Positions 29,423 through 38,770 of a DNA stretch of 64,000 nt are shown piece after piece; position 1 is the first letter of the stretch; each line of letters starts with the position of its first letter. The DNA is taken from contig JBCCHN010000005.1 in NCBI GenBank assembly GCA_039028695.1, positions 5,444 to 69,443 of the forward strand, read 5' to 3'. Both the position numbers and the translations under genes were made by a program. The notes beneath the pieces are model-generated. The model was not told the DNA's origin, did no database searches, and saw only the letters and a list, made by a program, of their open reading frames with translations. This DNA comes from Pseudomonadota bacterium (GTDB taxonomy: Bacteria; Pseudomonadota; Alphaproteobacteria; Kiloniellales; Kiloniellaceae).

Positions 29423-30448
29423 ATGAGCGACAACGTCACCGAGTTTGTGCCGCCGAAGGAAAAGCCAGACAACGCCCTCCCCGACCAGGACCTGATCCGC
29501 GAGGATTTTGCCGACCTCAGACGCCATCTCAAGGGTCGGATCGTCGGGCAGGAAAAACTTGTTGATCGACTAATTCTGGCTCTTCTGGCCGACGGTCATC
29601 TCTTGGTCGAAGGAGCGCCCGGCTTGGCCAAAACCAAGGCGATCAAGGAGCTCTCCCGGGCCATCGACGGCGAAGATCATCGCATTCAATTCACGCCCGA
29701 CCTCTTGCCCGCCGACCTGACGGGTACGGATATCTACCGGCCCGAAACGGGCACTTTCACCTTCCAGCCCGGCCCTGTTTTTCACAACCTAGTCCTCGCC
29801 GACGAGATCAATCGGGCACCGGCCAAGGTTCAGTCCGCCCTTCTTGAAGCCATGGCCGAGCGCCAGGTCACCGTCGGCCGCGAGACCTACCGTCTGCCCA
29901 AGCTATTCATGGTCATGGCAACCCAAAACCCCCTTGAGCAGGAGGGCACCTACCCCTTACCGGAAGCCCAGCTCGATCGATTTCTCATGCATCTGCGTAT
30001 CGGCTATCCGGATAGTGAGGCCGAGCACAAGATCCTTAAGTTGGTCCGGGGCGAAGCACGGGGCGAGATCGCGGCACCCGATAAGGTTCTGCCACAGGCC
30101 AGGATTTTCGCGGCCCGCGACCTGGCTCTAAAGACCTATATGGCGCCTGCCTTGGAGACCTACCTGGTGCAGCTGGTTATCGCGACCCGCCAACCCGAAG
30201 CGTACGGTGATGAGCTGAACGGCCTGATCCGCTGTGGGGCCAGCCCACGGGGCTCTATCTCCCTAGACCGAGCCGCGCGCGCCCATGCATGGTTGCGCGG
30301 GGCTGATTTCGTCGCCCCTGAGGATTTGCAAGCGGTGGTGAAGGATGTTCTGCGCCACCGGGTACTCTTGACCTTTGAAGCCGAGGCCGACGGCATGACC
30401 ACAGATGGGGTTCTGGATTTGCTCATAAATCGAGTACCCCTCACCTAA
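29423..30448 (+). CDS. MoxR-family AAA+ ATPase (AAA_3)
   Basis: 341 aa. Walker A LVEGAPGLAKTK, Walker B/MoxR signature LVLADEINRAPAKVQSALLEAMAERQVT. GAGGAA RBS. Confidence 0.92.
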   Translation: MSDNVTEFVPPKEKPDNALPDQDLIREDFADLRRHLKGRIVGQEKLVDRLILALLADGHLLVEGAPGLAKTKAIKELSRAIDGEDHRIQFTPDLLPADLTGTDIYRPETGTFTFQPGPVFHNLVLADEINRAPAKVQSALLEAMAERQVTVGRETYRLPKLFMVMATQNPLEQEGTYPLPEAQLDRFLMHLRIGYPDSEAEHKILKLVRGEARGEIAAPDKVLPQARIFAARDLALKTYMAPALETYLVQLVIATRQPEAYGDELNGLIRCGASPRGSISLDRAARAHAWLRGADFVAPEDLQAVVKDVLRHRVLLTFEAEADGMTTDGVLDLLINRVPLT

Positions 30449-30478
30449 CCTTTTAAATTCCTCACCTGATCGATATCC

Positions 30479-31456
30479 GTGGAAAGCCACATGCAGGATC
30501 TTTATGGCATCGTTGCCGGCATTGATGAATTGATAGCCATGCGGCCGGTCCAAGGCCGCAGCGCCATGGCACCCACACGTGCTCTGCGAACCCGCCAGGC
30601 CGGCCCTTACCGTTCTGCCTTTCGCGGACGAGGGATGGAGTTCGACGAGTCCCGGGCCTATCAAGCCGGTGATGACCTGCGTGCCATCGACTGGCGGGTC
30701 ACCGCCCGCACCGGCCGAGTTCATACCAAGCTTTACCACGAAGAGCGGGAGCGCCCGGTCATGCTCCTAATCGACAGCCGGCCCATGATGCGGTTCGGCA
30801 CGAAGGACTGTTTCAAATCGGTTTTGGCCGCCCGGGCAGCAGCCTGGCTCGCGTGGTCCGCGCGCGATGGCGGAGACCGCATCGGCGGTTTTATCATGAC
30901 GCCGACGGGACTGGTGCAATCCACACCCCATCTCAGTCAGGCCCGTTTGCTGTCCTTCTTGAAGCGAATTGCTCAAGCAACGGAAGAAGACCTCTCTCTC
31001 ACGGCAGTAGTTGACCAAGAAAAACCAAACACCTCGCCTGGCCTCACCGACAGCATAACCCGCTTGCGCCGAGCCATTCGTCCGGGCACTCAGGTTTTTA
31101 TTCTCAGCGACTTCCACGATTTCGATGAAACCACCCGATTGGAGCTAACCCGCCTGAGTTTGAACAACGATGTGGCCTGTTTTTTTATCTATGACGCTTT
31201 GGAAACCAGAATGCCCTCAAAGGGCACTTATCGGATCAGCGACGGCCACGCGGTCTTGACCTTGAACAACCAAAGCAAGGTCTGGCGACAAGGCTATGAA
31301 AATCATTTTCTCAAACGTCGACGAGCGGTAGAAGACCTCTGCCGGCAACGAGGCATCACCTTCTTGCCCATGGAAACCGGACAGGACCCGCGCGAGGTTT
31401 TGCGCTTGGACCAGTTACGCACCGTCTGCCGTCGACCGACAAAAGGCGCTGCGTGA
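30479..31456 (+). CDS. DUF58 domain protein (MoxR partner)
   Basis: Hallmark FDESRAYQAGDDLRAIDWRVTARTGRVHTKLYHEE. Start uncertain: GTG 30479 or ATG 30491. Confidence 0.85.
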   Translation: MESHMQDLYGIVAGIDELIAMRPVQGRSAMAPTRALRTRQAGPYRSAFRGRGMEFDESRAYQAGDDLRAIDWRVTARTGRVHTKLYHEERERPVMLLIDSRPMMRFGTKDCFKSVLAARAAAWLAWSARDGGDRIGGFIMTPTGLVQSTPHLSQARLLSFLKRIAQATEEDLSLTAVVDQEKPNTSPGLTDSITRLRRAIRPGTQVFILSDFHDFDETTRLELTRLSLNNDVACFFIYDALETRMPSKGTYRISDGHAVLTLNNQSKVWRQGYENHFLKRRRAVEDLCRQRGITFLPMETGQDPREVLRLDQLRTVCRRPTKGAA

Positions 31457-31971
31457 TGGAAAACTCCACAATCGATCGTGGCCTCACTCAACTGAGGGAC
31501 ATTCATTTGCCCGACCCGGTTCTTATTTGGCCCCCAGCTATGGGCTGGTGGATTCTCGCCGCCATCATTATGGCATTGGTAGTTGCCCTGTGGCTCGGCA
31601 TTTTCATTCGGCGCCGCGGTCTAGCCCATCATGCTCTCAAGGAGCTCTCCCATCTGGAAAAAGATCGGAGCGGCCACGGCGACCTTCAATCCTTCGCCAC
31701 GGCCGTTTCGGGCTTGCTGCGCCGGGTGGCCCTGGCCCGCTATGGGCGCAGTCGAGTCGCCAGCCTCACTGACCGGGATTGGCTGCAATTCCTCAGCCAA
31801 AGCGGCCGCACTCAACGATCGAGCCATAGTTGGAACGGCGACGCGGGCCGCCTTTTGGCCATCGCCCCCTATGCGCCACCGGGCGCCCTGGAAATCAAAC
31901 AGCTTGGTTTTAACGTTACCCGCCAATCCCTGGCGGAAGCGGCACGGGGTTGGATCAGGAAAAACACATGA
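31453..31971 (+). CDS. DUF4381 membrane protein
   Basis: LRDIHLPDPVLIWPPAMGWWILAAIIMALVVALWLGIF shows the typical DUF4381 single TM near the N-terminus. Its start overlaps the DUF58 stop (GTGATG). Confidence 0.75.
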   Translation: MMENSTIDRGLTQLRDIHLPDPVLIWPPAMGWWILAAIIMALVVALWLGIFIRRRGLAHHALKELSHLEKDRSGHGDLQSFATAVSGLLRRVALARYGRSRVASLTDRDWLQFLSQSGRTQRSSHSWNGDAGRLLAIAPYAPPGALEIKQLGFNVTRQSLAEAARGWIRKNT

Positions 31972-32984
31972 TTGAGTTTCTCTGGATCTGGGCTTTTCTA
32001 CTCCTGCCCCTGCCCTATTTGGTGCGAAGAGTCTTGCCACCGGCCGGGGAAAGCCGCTCGGGCGCACTACGGGTGCCTTTCTTCGGCAACCTGAACCGCG
32101 AATTTGGTAAAACCGGAAACTCAAAAAGGCACAGATGGAATAGCTTATTTTTCTTGTCCCTTATTTGGATTGCACTGGTAACGGCAGCGGCTCGTCCGAC
32201 CTTTGTGGGAGAACCCATGCCCATTCCGACAGAGGGACGAGATCTCATGATGGCCATCGACCTCTCTGGCAGCATGGGTCGACAAGACTTCTCCATGGGC
32301 GGAATACCTGCTGATCGGCTCACCGTGGTCAAGGACCTGGCCAATGACTTTATTGCCCGGCGGGAGGGTGACCGGGTCGGCCTGATTCTCTTTGGGACAC
32401 GGGCCTACCTCCAGACGCCTGTCACCTTTGATCGCACGACTGTTCAGGCCTTTCTTGATGACTCCCACGTTGGGCTTACCGGTGAAGAAACCGCCATCGG
32501 TGATGCCATCGGACTAGCCGTCAAGCGCCTGAAAGACCGACCCAGCGACAGCCGCGTCCTGGTGCTGCTCACCGATGGCGCCAGCAATGCCGGCGTCCTG
32601 GATCCCCGTCAGGCCGCCCAGTTGGCCGCTGACGAAGGCCTGCGTATTTATACAATCGGTGTAGGGGCCGATCAGATTGCCACCAACGGGACCTTCGGCC
32701 GGGCCATCGTCAATCCATCCATGGATCTGGACGAAGCGGCTCTGCAAGATATCGCTCAAATCACTGGCGGTGCCTATTTCCGCGCTCGCAACCTGGAGGG
32801 TCTGGCCAATATCTACCGGGAAATCGACCGACTGGAGCCCACCAGCGGCGAACCGCAATACCTCCGTCCCACCAAAGCGCTCTTTTACTGGCCTCTGGGA
32901 ATTGGCTTGCTGTTATCTTTGGCCTTAGGCGTAACCAAGCTATGGCCCGCGAGCCTCACGCTGGGCACCGCGTGGAGGACGTGA
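31968..32984 (+). CDS. VWA-domain membrane protein, BatA-like
   Basis: N-terminal TM, MIDAS DLSGSM, TAIGDAI, LLTDGASN, C-terminal TM. The ATG at 31968 overlaps the upstream stop (ATGA). Confidence 0.85.
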   Translation: MIEFLWIWAFLLLPLPYLVRRVLPPAGESRSGALRVPFFGNLNREFGKTGNSKRHRWNSLFFLSLIWIALVTAAARPTFVGEPMPIPTEGRDLMMAIDLSGSMGRQDFSMGGIPADRLTVVKDLANDFIARREGDRVGLILFGTRAYLQTPVTFDRTTVQAFLDDSHVGLTGEETAIGDAIGLAVKRLKDRPSDSRVLVLLTDGASNAGVLDPRQAAQLAADEGLRIYTIGVGADQIATNGTFGRAIVNPSMDLDEAALQDIAQITGGAYFRARNLEGLANIYREIDRLEPTSGEPQYLRPTKALFYWPLGIGLLLSLALGVTKLWPASLTLGTAWRT

Positions 32985-32988
32985 TGCC

Positions 32989-35079
32989 ATGATCCCCTCG
33001 GCCTTTCATTTCCTCCGCCCCGAGTGGCTGTTGGCCTTGCTACCTCTGGCTATCCTCGTCTTCGCGGCCTGGCGCCGCGGCCAAGGCCAATCCACCTGGC
33101 AAACGCTGGTAGATCGCCATCTGCTCAAGCACCTCCTAATGCAAGAGGACGGCAAACGTCGACGCTGGCCTCTGGGCCTATTGGCTTTGGGGTGGCTGGC
33201 CGCCGTGCTAGCCTTGGCAGGCCCGGCGTGGGAGCGCCTGCCCCAACCCGCCCATACCGTCATGGCGCCAACCGTGGTGGCCCTTAATCTTTCCCAGTCC
33301 ATGAATGCCACGGACGAGAGTCCCAGCCGCCTGACCCGGGCCAAGCATAAGATCTATGACCTGATAGACCGACAAAAGGGCGGCCAGATCGGCTTGGTCC
33401 TCTTCACGGATACGGCCTTTACCGCCGTGCCCTTGACTGACGACGGCGCCGTGATCAGCGAGCTTTTGCCGTTGGTGGATACAAGCCTGATGCCAGATCT
33501 GGGCGCCAGGGTGGATCTTGCCATCGAACAATCGACAGCTCTTCTCAGCCAGAGCGGCGCACCCAGCGGGCAAATCCTTCTCCTCTCCGATGGCATGACC
33601 GGCGGCCAAGCCGCGGCAGAAAGGGCAGCCGGCCAAGCCACGGATAGCGGCTATTCTTTGGGCATCATCACTTTGGGCAAGCCTGAGGGTGGCGCGGTTA
33701 TGGACCATAAGGGTCGCCCGGTCTTGGACAGCCAGGGTGGATCCCTTTATTCAGTGCCCAACATCGCCGCCTTCCACCAATTGGCCGAAGCCGCCGATGG
33801 TCAGATTAGCGCGATCACGCCTGACGACGGTGACCTCAATCAGGTTCTCGCCACACCGCAAGAAGACCTCTTAGCGCCCACAGAAAGGGACGGTGCGATG
33901 GAAGCCGATAGTTGGCGGGACATGGGGCTTTGGCTCGTTCTCATTCCCGTAGCCCTGGCTCCCTTGGCCTTTCGCCGGGGCTGGCTCGCCGTCGTGGTCC
34001 TCTCGGCCGGAATGGGGCTGGGCCAAACAGGCAAGCCCGCTTACGCCTCTAGTGCGACGTTGCCGCCGCTCGACTCCTGGACCGACCTCTGGCAAACAAA
34101 AGATCAACAAGGCGCGCGGGCGCTCTCAGAAAAAAATCCAACAGCTGCCGCCCATCTGTTTGAAAACCCCGATTGGAAAGCGGCTGCCCTTTACAAATCT
34201 CAAGACTACGATCAGGCCGCCGCACAATACGAAAAACTGGGGGGAAAACGGAACCTCTATAATCTGGGCAACGCACGGGCAAAATCCGGCGACCTGGAAG
34301 GCGCCATAGCGGCATATGATGAACTATTGGCACAGCAACCCGACCATGATGACGCGCGTTTTAACCGGGATTTGGTGCAAAGTCTTCTGGATCAACAGGC
34401 CAAACAAGAAGAAAGCAAAAGTAACGAAAGCAGCCAAGACACCGCAAACCAATCGCCGGAACAACAACAGCAGGAACAGGCTCAAGGCGATCAGGCTCAG
34501 GGCGATCAGGCTCAGGGCGATCAGACTCAAGATCAACATTCCACGAACGCTCAAGAAGATAATCAAACCAATAATGGGGCGGATCCCAACGCCCAGGCTC
34601 AAAAGGAGAAAGATCAATCTCAAGATCAGTCTCAACAACAAAGCAGCGCGTCTGGGGCCGACAGCACGGCGGAACAGACACAATCGAGCCAATCGACAGG
34701 CAACCACGCGCCTAAAGACAATCAACAGGATGAGCCCTCCTCCGGTGTGAGTGAAGAGGAGACCTCGGGCAAAGGCTCTCAGCCCGACGAGCGTGAGCCG
34801 TCAGCGATCCAAGAAGCCCAAGACCTGCTGAAAGACTCTCTCGACAGCCTGCTGGACCCGCTGCTTGCCGAACCCCAAGAAGACAAGGGCGCAGAAAACA
34901 CAGCTGAATCTGAGAACCACGCCATGGCCGCGCCAGAGCAAAAGCCCATGAGCGAAAATCAACAGGCGCGAGAACAGACCTTACGTCTAATCCCCGATGA
35001 TCCCGCCGGACTCTTACGCGCCCGCATTCACCGACATTACGCCCAGATGCCCCCGGCAGACGGCTTACCTAATCAATAA
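32989..35079 (+). CDS. VWA plus TPR fusion protein (BatB/BatC-like) with a Gln/acidic low-complexity tail
   Basis: N-terminal TMs. VWA with a variant MIDAS (NLSQSM, Asn in place of the first Asp) and LLLSDGMTGG. TPR segment YDQAAAQYEKLGG...GDLEGAIAAYDELLAQQPDHDDARFN. Then about 200 aa rich in Q/D/E/S. Confidence 0.85.
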   Translation: MIPSAFHFLRPEWLLALLPLAILVFAAWRRGQGQSTWQTLVDRHLLKHLLMQEDGKRRRWPLGLLALGWLAAVLALAGPAWERLPQPAHTVMAPTVVALNLSQSMNATDESPSRLTRAKHKIYDLIDRQKGGQIGLVLFTDTAFTAVPLTDDGAVISELLPLVDTSLMPDLGARVDLAIEQSTALLSQSGAPSGQILLLSDGMTGGQAAAERAAGQATDSGYSLGIITLGKPEGGAVMDHKGRPVLDSQGGSLYSVPNIAAFHQLAEAADGQISAITPDDGDLNQVLATPQEDLLAPTERDGAMEADSWRDMGLWLVLIPVALAPLAFRRGWLAVVVLSAGMGLGQTGKPAYASSATLPPLDSWTDLWQTKDQQGARALSEKNPTAAAHLFENPDWKAAALYKSQDYDQAAAQYEKLGGKRNLYNLGNARAKSGDLEGAIAAYDELLAQQPDHDDARFNRDLVQSLLDQQAKQEESKSNESSQDTANQSPEQQQQEQAQGDQAQGDQAQGDQTQDQHSTNAQEDNQTNNGADPNAQAQKEKDQSQDQSQQQSSASGADSTAEQTQSSQSTGNHAPKDNQQDEPSSGVSEEETSGKGSQPDEREPSAIQEAQDLLKDSLDSLLDPLLAEPQEDKGAENTAESENHAMAAPEQKPMSENQQAREQTLRLIPDDPAGLLRARIHRHYAQMPPADGLPNQ
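34477..34536 (+). repeat. 15-bp in-frame tandem repeat (3 near-identical units plus 1 degenerate)
   Basis: CAGGCTCAAGGCGAT, CAGGCTCAGGGCGAT, CAGGCTCAGGGCGAT, CAGACTCAAGATCAA. Encodes QAQGD x3 then QTQDQ inside the BatB/C-like gene. Confidence 0.85.
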
Positions 35080-35092
35080 AAAGAGATCCCCC

Positions 35093-36994
35093 ATGCTCAG
35101 CATCAGGTCCATTCGCACTCTAATAGCCGGCGGCGTCACAGCCATCGCAATCTCCGCCACCGCCGCTTGGGCGAGTAACCTTGAAGCAGACTTGGATCGC
35201 AGCGCTATCCGTAGCGGCGAATCCGTGACTTTGATCCTCAGCTTTAAAGACGGCACTCCCTCAGGTCAGCCAGATCTGTCGGCCCTCGAAGAAGACTTCC
35301 TTGTGCTCAACAGCAAACAACGGGAGCAGACCAGCATTATAAACGGTGAGCAAAATCAATCAGTGGACTTCGTCCTGTCCCTCGAACCCAAGCGGATCGG
35401 TGCACTAAAAATACCGGCCATCACCTGGTCTGGCCAGAATTCCCCGCCCCTCACTCTGCTAGTCGCCAAGGCGGCCAATCCGTCCGAGGACGGCTCCACA
35501 CCTGACCTTTTTCTCGAAGTGGAGTTGGACAACAGCGCCCCCTTTGTACAAAGCAACATCGCCTATACGGTTCGCGTCTATGACGCCGTTGGCTTGCGTC
35601 GTGGCGTCTTGTCGACACCGAATATCGAAGGCGTTGTGATCACGCCTCGCGGCGATGACCGGCACTTCGAAACAGTCCTCAACGATCGGGCCTACAAAGT
35701 GGTGGAACGCAGCTACACCCTGCGCCCGCAAAAAAGCGGCAAGCTCGATATTCCCCCAGCAGTTCTTCAAGGCAAGATCAAAGACCCCAATGAAAAGCGG
35801 CGTGATCCTTTCGCACGCCTGGGCAAAATGGGGAACTCAAGCCTCTTCAACGACCCCTTTTTTAGTCGGGCCTTCGGGAACAGTGCATTCTCGGATTCCT
35901 TGCTGGATAAATTTTTTGCACCCGGTCGGGATGTTCGGGTCACTTCCGAGCCCATCTCCTTGGATGTCCAGCCGCGGCCCAGTGGGGCAACGGGCTGGTT
36001 TCTGCCAGCCTTGGATGTCAAACTCAGTGAGCGATGGGACCCGGCACCGCCAACCTTTCGGGTGGGCGAGAGCGTAAATCGGCGTTTGGTTTTGCAGGCT
36101 CATGGTGCCGCCGCCGAGCAGCTGCCCACCATCGTCGCCCCCCAGGTCGAGAGATTGCGGCAATATCCTCAATTGACGGAAGACCGGACCATCGATACAC
36201 CCGATGGTCCTCTCGCCATCCGCGAACAGATCTTTTCGATTGTACCCACCCAGGCCGGCGAGATCACATTGCCGGAAATCGTCGTGGAGTGGTGGGATAC
36301 GACGGAGGAAGCAGCCAGGACCACGGTGGTGCCCGAGCGGGCTATCACTGTTTTACCTTTAATCGGTGGGACAAACGTAGTGTCCCCTGAGTCCTACCTC
36401 ACCGAAACGCCACCCTTAAATCGCCACGAGATAGAAACGACCTCACAATCCGGCAGCACCCTCTATTTACCCAACAATTCCTGGATCTGGGGCGGGATGA
36501 CCCTCGCATTAATCCTCGCGTCATCGCTTGCTGTGGGTGCCGTGTTAGCCCGGCGGCAGCGATTAACGGCAGGTGCCCACAACGAGGGCTGTCAGGATCT
36601 GCATCACGACCAAAACGAAGCAGTCGCAGCCCTGCGAGTGGCTTGCCGGGAAAACGATCCCCTTAAGGCGGTACAGGCATTACTTGCCTGGGGCCGCAGC
36701 ACTTGGCCGGGGGGCCAGAATTCCAAGTCAAACGGGGGCGGCTCAACTCTTTCAGTGGCGGAGATGGCTAAGCGGCTGGAAGATCCGGATTTTGCGCAGG
36801 CTGTGGACGATTTGGTTCGTTGTCTCTATGCGCCCAACCAGGGTCGGAGCCAACTGACCTGGCGGGGCGATCACTTTTGGGATCACTTTAAAAGAATACA
36901 AGGTCGCGCGGCACGGTCAAGAAAAGTCACCCGACCACAGGGCCTCCCGGCGCTTTATCCCGAATTGGCAAATAAAGGCGCCACAAGCTTTTAG
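35093..36994 (+). CDS. BatD-like protein
   Basis: Signal peptide MLSIRSIRTLIAGGVTAIAISATAAWA, a large extracytoplasmic region, and a C-terminal TM (WIWGGMTLALILASSLAVGAVLA). Last position in a Bat-type operon. Start at ATG 35093. Confidence 0.75.
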   Translation: MLSIRSIRTLIAGGVTAIAISATAAWASNLEADLDRSAIRSGESVTLILSFKDGTPSGQPDLSALEEDFLVLNSKQREQTSIINGEQNQSVDFVLSLEPKRIGALKIPAITWSGQNSPPLTLLVAKAANPSEDGSTPDLFLEVELDNSAPFVQSNIAYTVRVYDAVGLRRGVLSTPNIEGVVITPRGDDRHFETVLNDRAYKVVERSYTLRPQKSGKLDIPPAVLQGKIKDPNEKRRDPFARLGKMGNSSLFNDPFFSRAFGNSAFSDSLLDKFFAPGRDVRVTSEPISLDVQPRPSGATGWFLPALDVKLSERWDPAPPTFRVGESVNRRLVLQAHGAAAEQLPTIVAPQVERLRQYPQLTEDRTIDTPDGPLAIREQIFSIVPTQAGEITLPEIVVEWWDTTEEAARTTVVPERAITVLPLIGGTNVVSPESYLTETPPLNRHEIETTSQSGSTLYLPNNSWIWGGMTLALILASSLAVGAVLARRQRLTAGAHNEGCQDLHHDQNEAVAALRVACRENDPLKAVQALLAWGRSTWPGGQNSKSNGGGSTLSVAEMAKRLEDPDFAQAVDDLVRCLYAPNQGRSQLTWRGDHFWDHFKRIQGRAARSRKVTRPQGLPALYPELANKGATSF

Positions 36995-37041
36995 GGCGCA
37001 AGTCCTGGCCGCGCCCTTAGCCGGTGCGGCAAAGGTCCCGC

Positions 37042-38550
37042 TTAGCCTTCGTCGAAGTCTCGCCGGGGACCGTAAGCATTTTCATTTCGGGTTAAGGGCC
37101 ATGGCAATCCGTACTTCTCGGCCAGAGCCTTCAGGTTCTCTTCCTTGGCGTCGCGGCTCGGCGCCGAAGTAGGCGTTTCGTGCGCCGCATCAGGCGGTGA
37201 TATGGCTTTCGGTGCGCCGGCATCAGCTTCTTGAGCGTATCTTCCATAGGGGCTGCTGGGCCGTGTTTGGTCTTCCGACGATATGGCGGACACCGGTGTA
37301 ACCGGCGTGTGCTCGTCAGTTACGATGGACCGAGCCGGAGCACTCACCTCAGGCTCCTGTTTCATCGACGAGCCTCCTTTAAGCAAGTTAACGATCTTGC
37401 TCAATTCATCCTGGTTCGAGAAGTGAATGGTCAATTTGCCCTTGTTGCCTTTTTGCGAAACTGTAACCTTCTGACCCAAAAGTTCGGTGAGAACCGGCTC
37501 AAGGGCTTCACCGCCGCGGCGGTTGCCGGACTTAGCCTTGGACCCGCTAACCGTCCCCTGGGATTTGACAAGTTCTTCGGTATCGCGGACGCTCAGACCT
37601 TTCCTGACAATCTCTTGGGCGATCGAAAGGGCCCCATCACAGCCCACCAGGGCGCGGGCATGGCCGGCAGACAACTCGCCATCCTGAATCATCGCCTTTA
37701 CCTCAGGCGGTAAGCTCAAAAGGCGAAGCGTATTGGTGACATGGCTGCGGCTCTTACCCAGGGTCCGGGCCAAGCCTTCCTGGTTATGATGGAAATCCTG
37801 GATCAGTTGTTGATAGCCTTCTGCCAGTTCCAGAGGCGTCAGGTCCTCGCGCTGAAGGTTCTCAATTATCGAGACCTCGATTGTCGCATTGTCCGCCAGT
37901 TCACGAACCAACACCGGTACTTCGCTTAGGCCCGCCATCTCTGCCGCACGCCACCGCCGTTCACCCGCGACGATCTCGAACTCCCCTACCTTATAGCTGT
38001 GATGGCGTACCAATATCGGCTGTAACATACCATTTTGCAGCAAGGATTCAGCAAGACCCTTCAGGGTCTCACTGTGAAACGCCCGGCGCGGTTGACGCGT
38101 GTTGGGATGGAGTTTGGCCACGGACACCATCTCCATCTGAAGAGAATCGGTCAGATCGTCCAGGTCCTCATCTTCATCCTCATAGAGATATGCGCCCTGA
38201 TTTTCCGGCGGCTCAGTTTGCTGACCGACACCGGTCGCGGTGTCGCCTTGCAGACCCAGCTCTTCCTCCCATTTCAGGGCCCGTTCCAAATAGGAAAAGG
38301 GCGGCTCTTGGTCGCCCGAGCGCGCCTTATCCTGCTCGGTCACTTCGCGGGGGCCGGCTGCTTGCTCCCTTTCAAGATCCCAGTCGCTGCCTAAGGGCTG
38401 AGGGCTCTGATCCGAACCTTGCGGCTCCAACCAAGATGGCGACCCAGGGGCGTCCAATACGGCCGCCGATGGCTCATCCTCCTCACGGCGGATGCGCTTT
38501 AAGGCATTCAAGGGCTCAGATTTTAACTTGCGGGAAAATAGGTTAGCCAC
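37042..38550 (-). CDS. ParB/Spo0J-type partition protein with long N- and C-terminal extensions; no adjacent parA
   Basis: 502 aa. ParB box LQPILVRH...EIVAGERRWRAAEMAGL. HTH and flanks LARTLGKSRSHVTNTLRLLSLPPEVKAMIQDGELSAGHARAL. C-terminal dimerisation-like KGKLTIHFSNQDELSKIVNLL, followed by about 110 extra residues. About 150 extra acidic residues at the N-terminus. Confidence 0.85.
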   Translation of the reverse strand: MANLFSRKLKSEPLNALKRIRREEDEPSAAVLDAPGSPSWLEPQGSDQSPQPLGSDWDLEREQAAGPREVTEQDKARSGDQEPPFSYLERALKWEEELGLQGDTATGVGQQTEPPENQGAYLYEDEDEDLDDLTDSLQMEMVSVAKLHPNTRQPRRAFHSETLKGLAESLLQNGMLQPILVRHHSYKVGEFEIVAGERRWRAAEMAGLSEVPVLVRELADNATIEVSIIENLQREDLTPLELAEGYQQLIQDFHHNQEGLARTLGKSRSHVTNTLRLLSLPPEVKAMIQDGELSAGHARALVGCDGALSIAQEIVRKGLSVRDTEELVKSQGTVSGSKAKSGNRRGGEALEPVLTELLGQKVTVSQKGNKGKLTIHFSNQDELSKIVNLLKGGSSMKQEPEVSAPARSIVTDEHTPVTPVSAISSEDQTRPSSPYGRYAQEADAGAPKAISPPDAAHETPTSAPSRDAKEENLKALAEKYGLPWPLTRNENAYGPRRDFDEG

Positions 38551-38770
38551 GGGTCACCCCTTTTAGTTTTACCTTCGCCTGGAGTGTCCTCGATCCTCTT
38601 CGGCGAACAAAATCTGGATAAAGGTTAAAAAATATTGGTTAAGTACGGATTAAAAAACCCCGCTTCATGCGGCGAATTGGGCAGGGGCAAAAATACCCCG
38701 AACAGCGCGGAAAAGGCCCGAATCGCTGAGGTCTTGCGCAATATTAGAAAGCCGTGAAGGAGGCAAAATT

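Noticed and set aside
34477-34536. Short tandem repeat considered as a possible CRISPR or VNTR locus
   Set aside because: The units are 15 bp, contiguous without spacers, and in frame within a CDS. This is not a CRISPR array.
34316-34750. ORFs in other frames or strands across the Q-rich tail (34316..34750(+), 34324..34725(-), 34361..34681(-))
   Set aside because: They are by-products of low-complexity, repeat-containing coding sequence. There are no independent start signals.
36993-37017. Hairpin AGGGCGC-N11-GCGCCCT between the convergent batD and parB genes as an intrinsic terminator
   Set aside because: It has no U-tract on either strand and a long loop, so it is too weak to call.
37042-38550. 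ParB as evidence that the window is a plasmid or phage
   Set aside because: No ParA, replication initiator, conjugation or phage genes are present. The flanks are chromosomal-type genes (guaAB, rlmE, hut), and the ParB core is chromosomal Spo0J-like.
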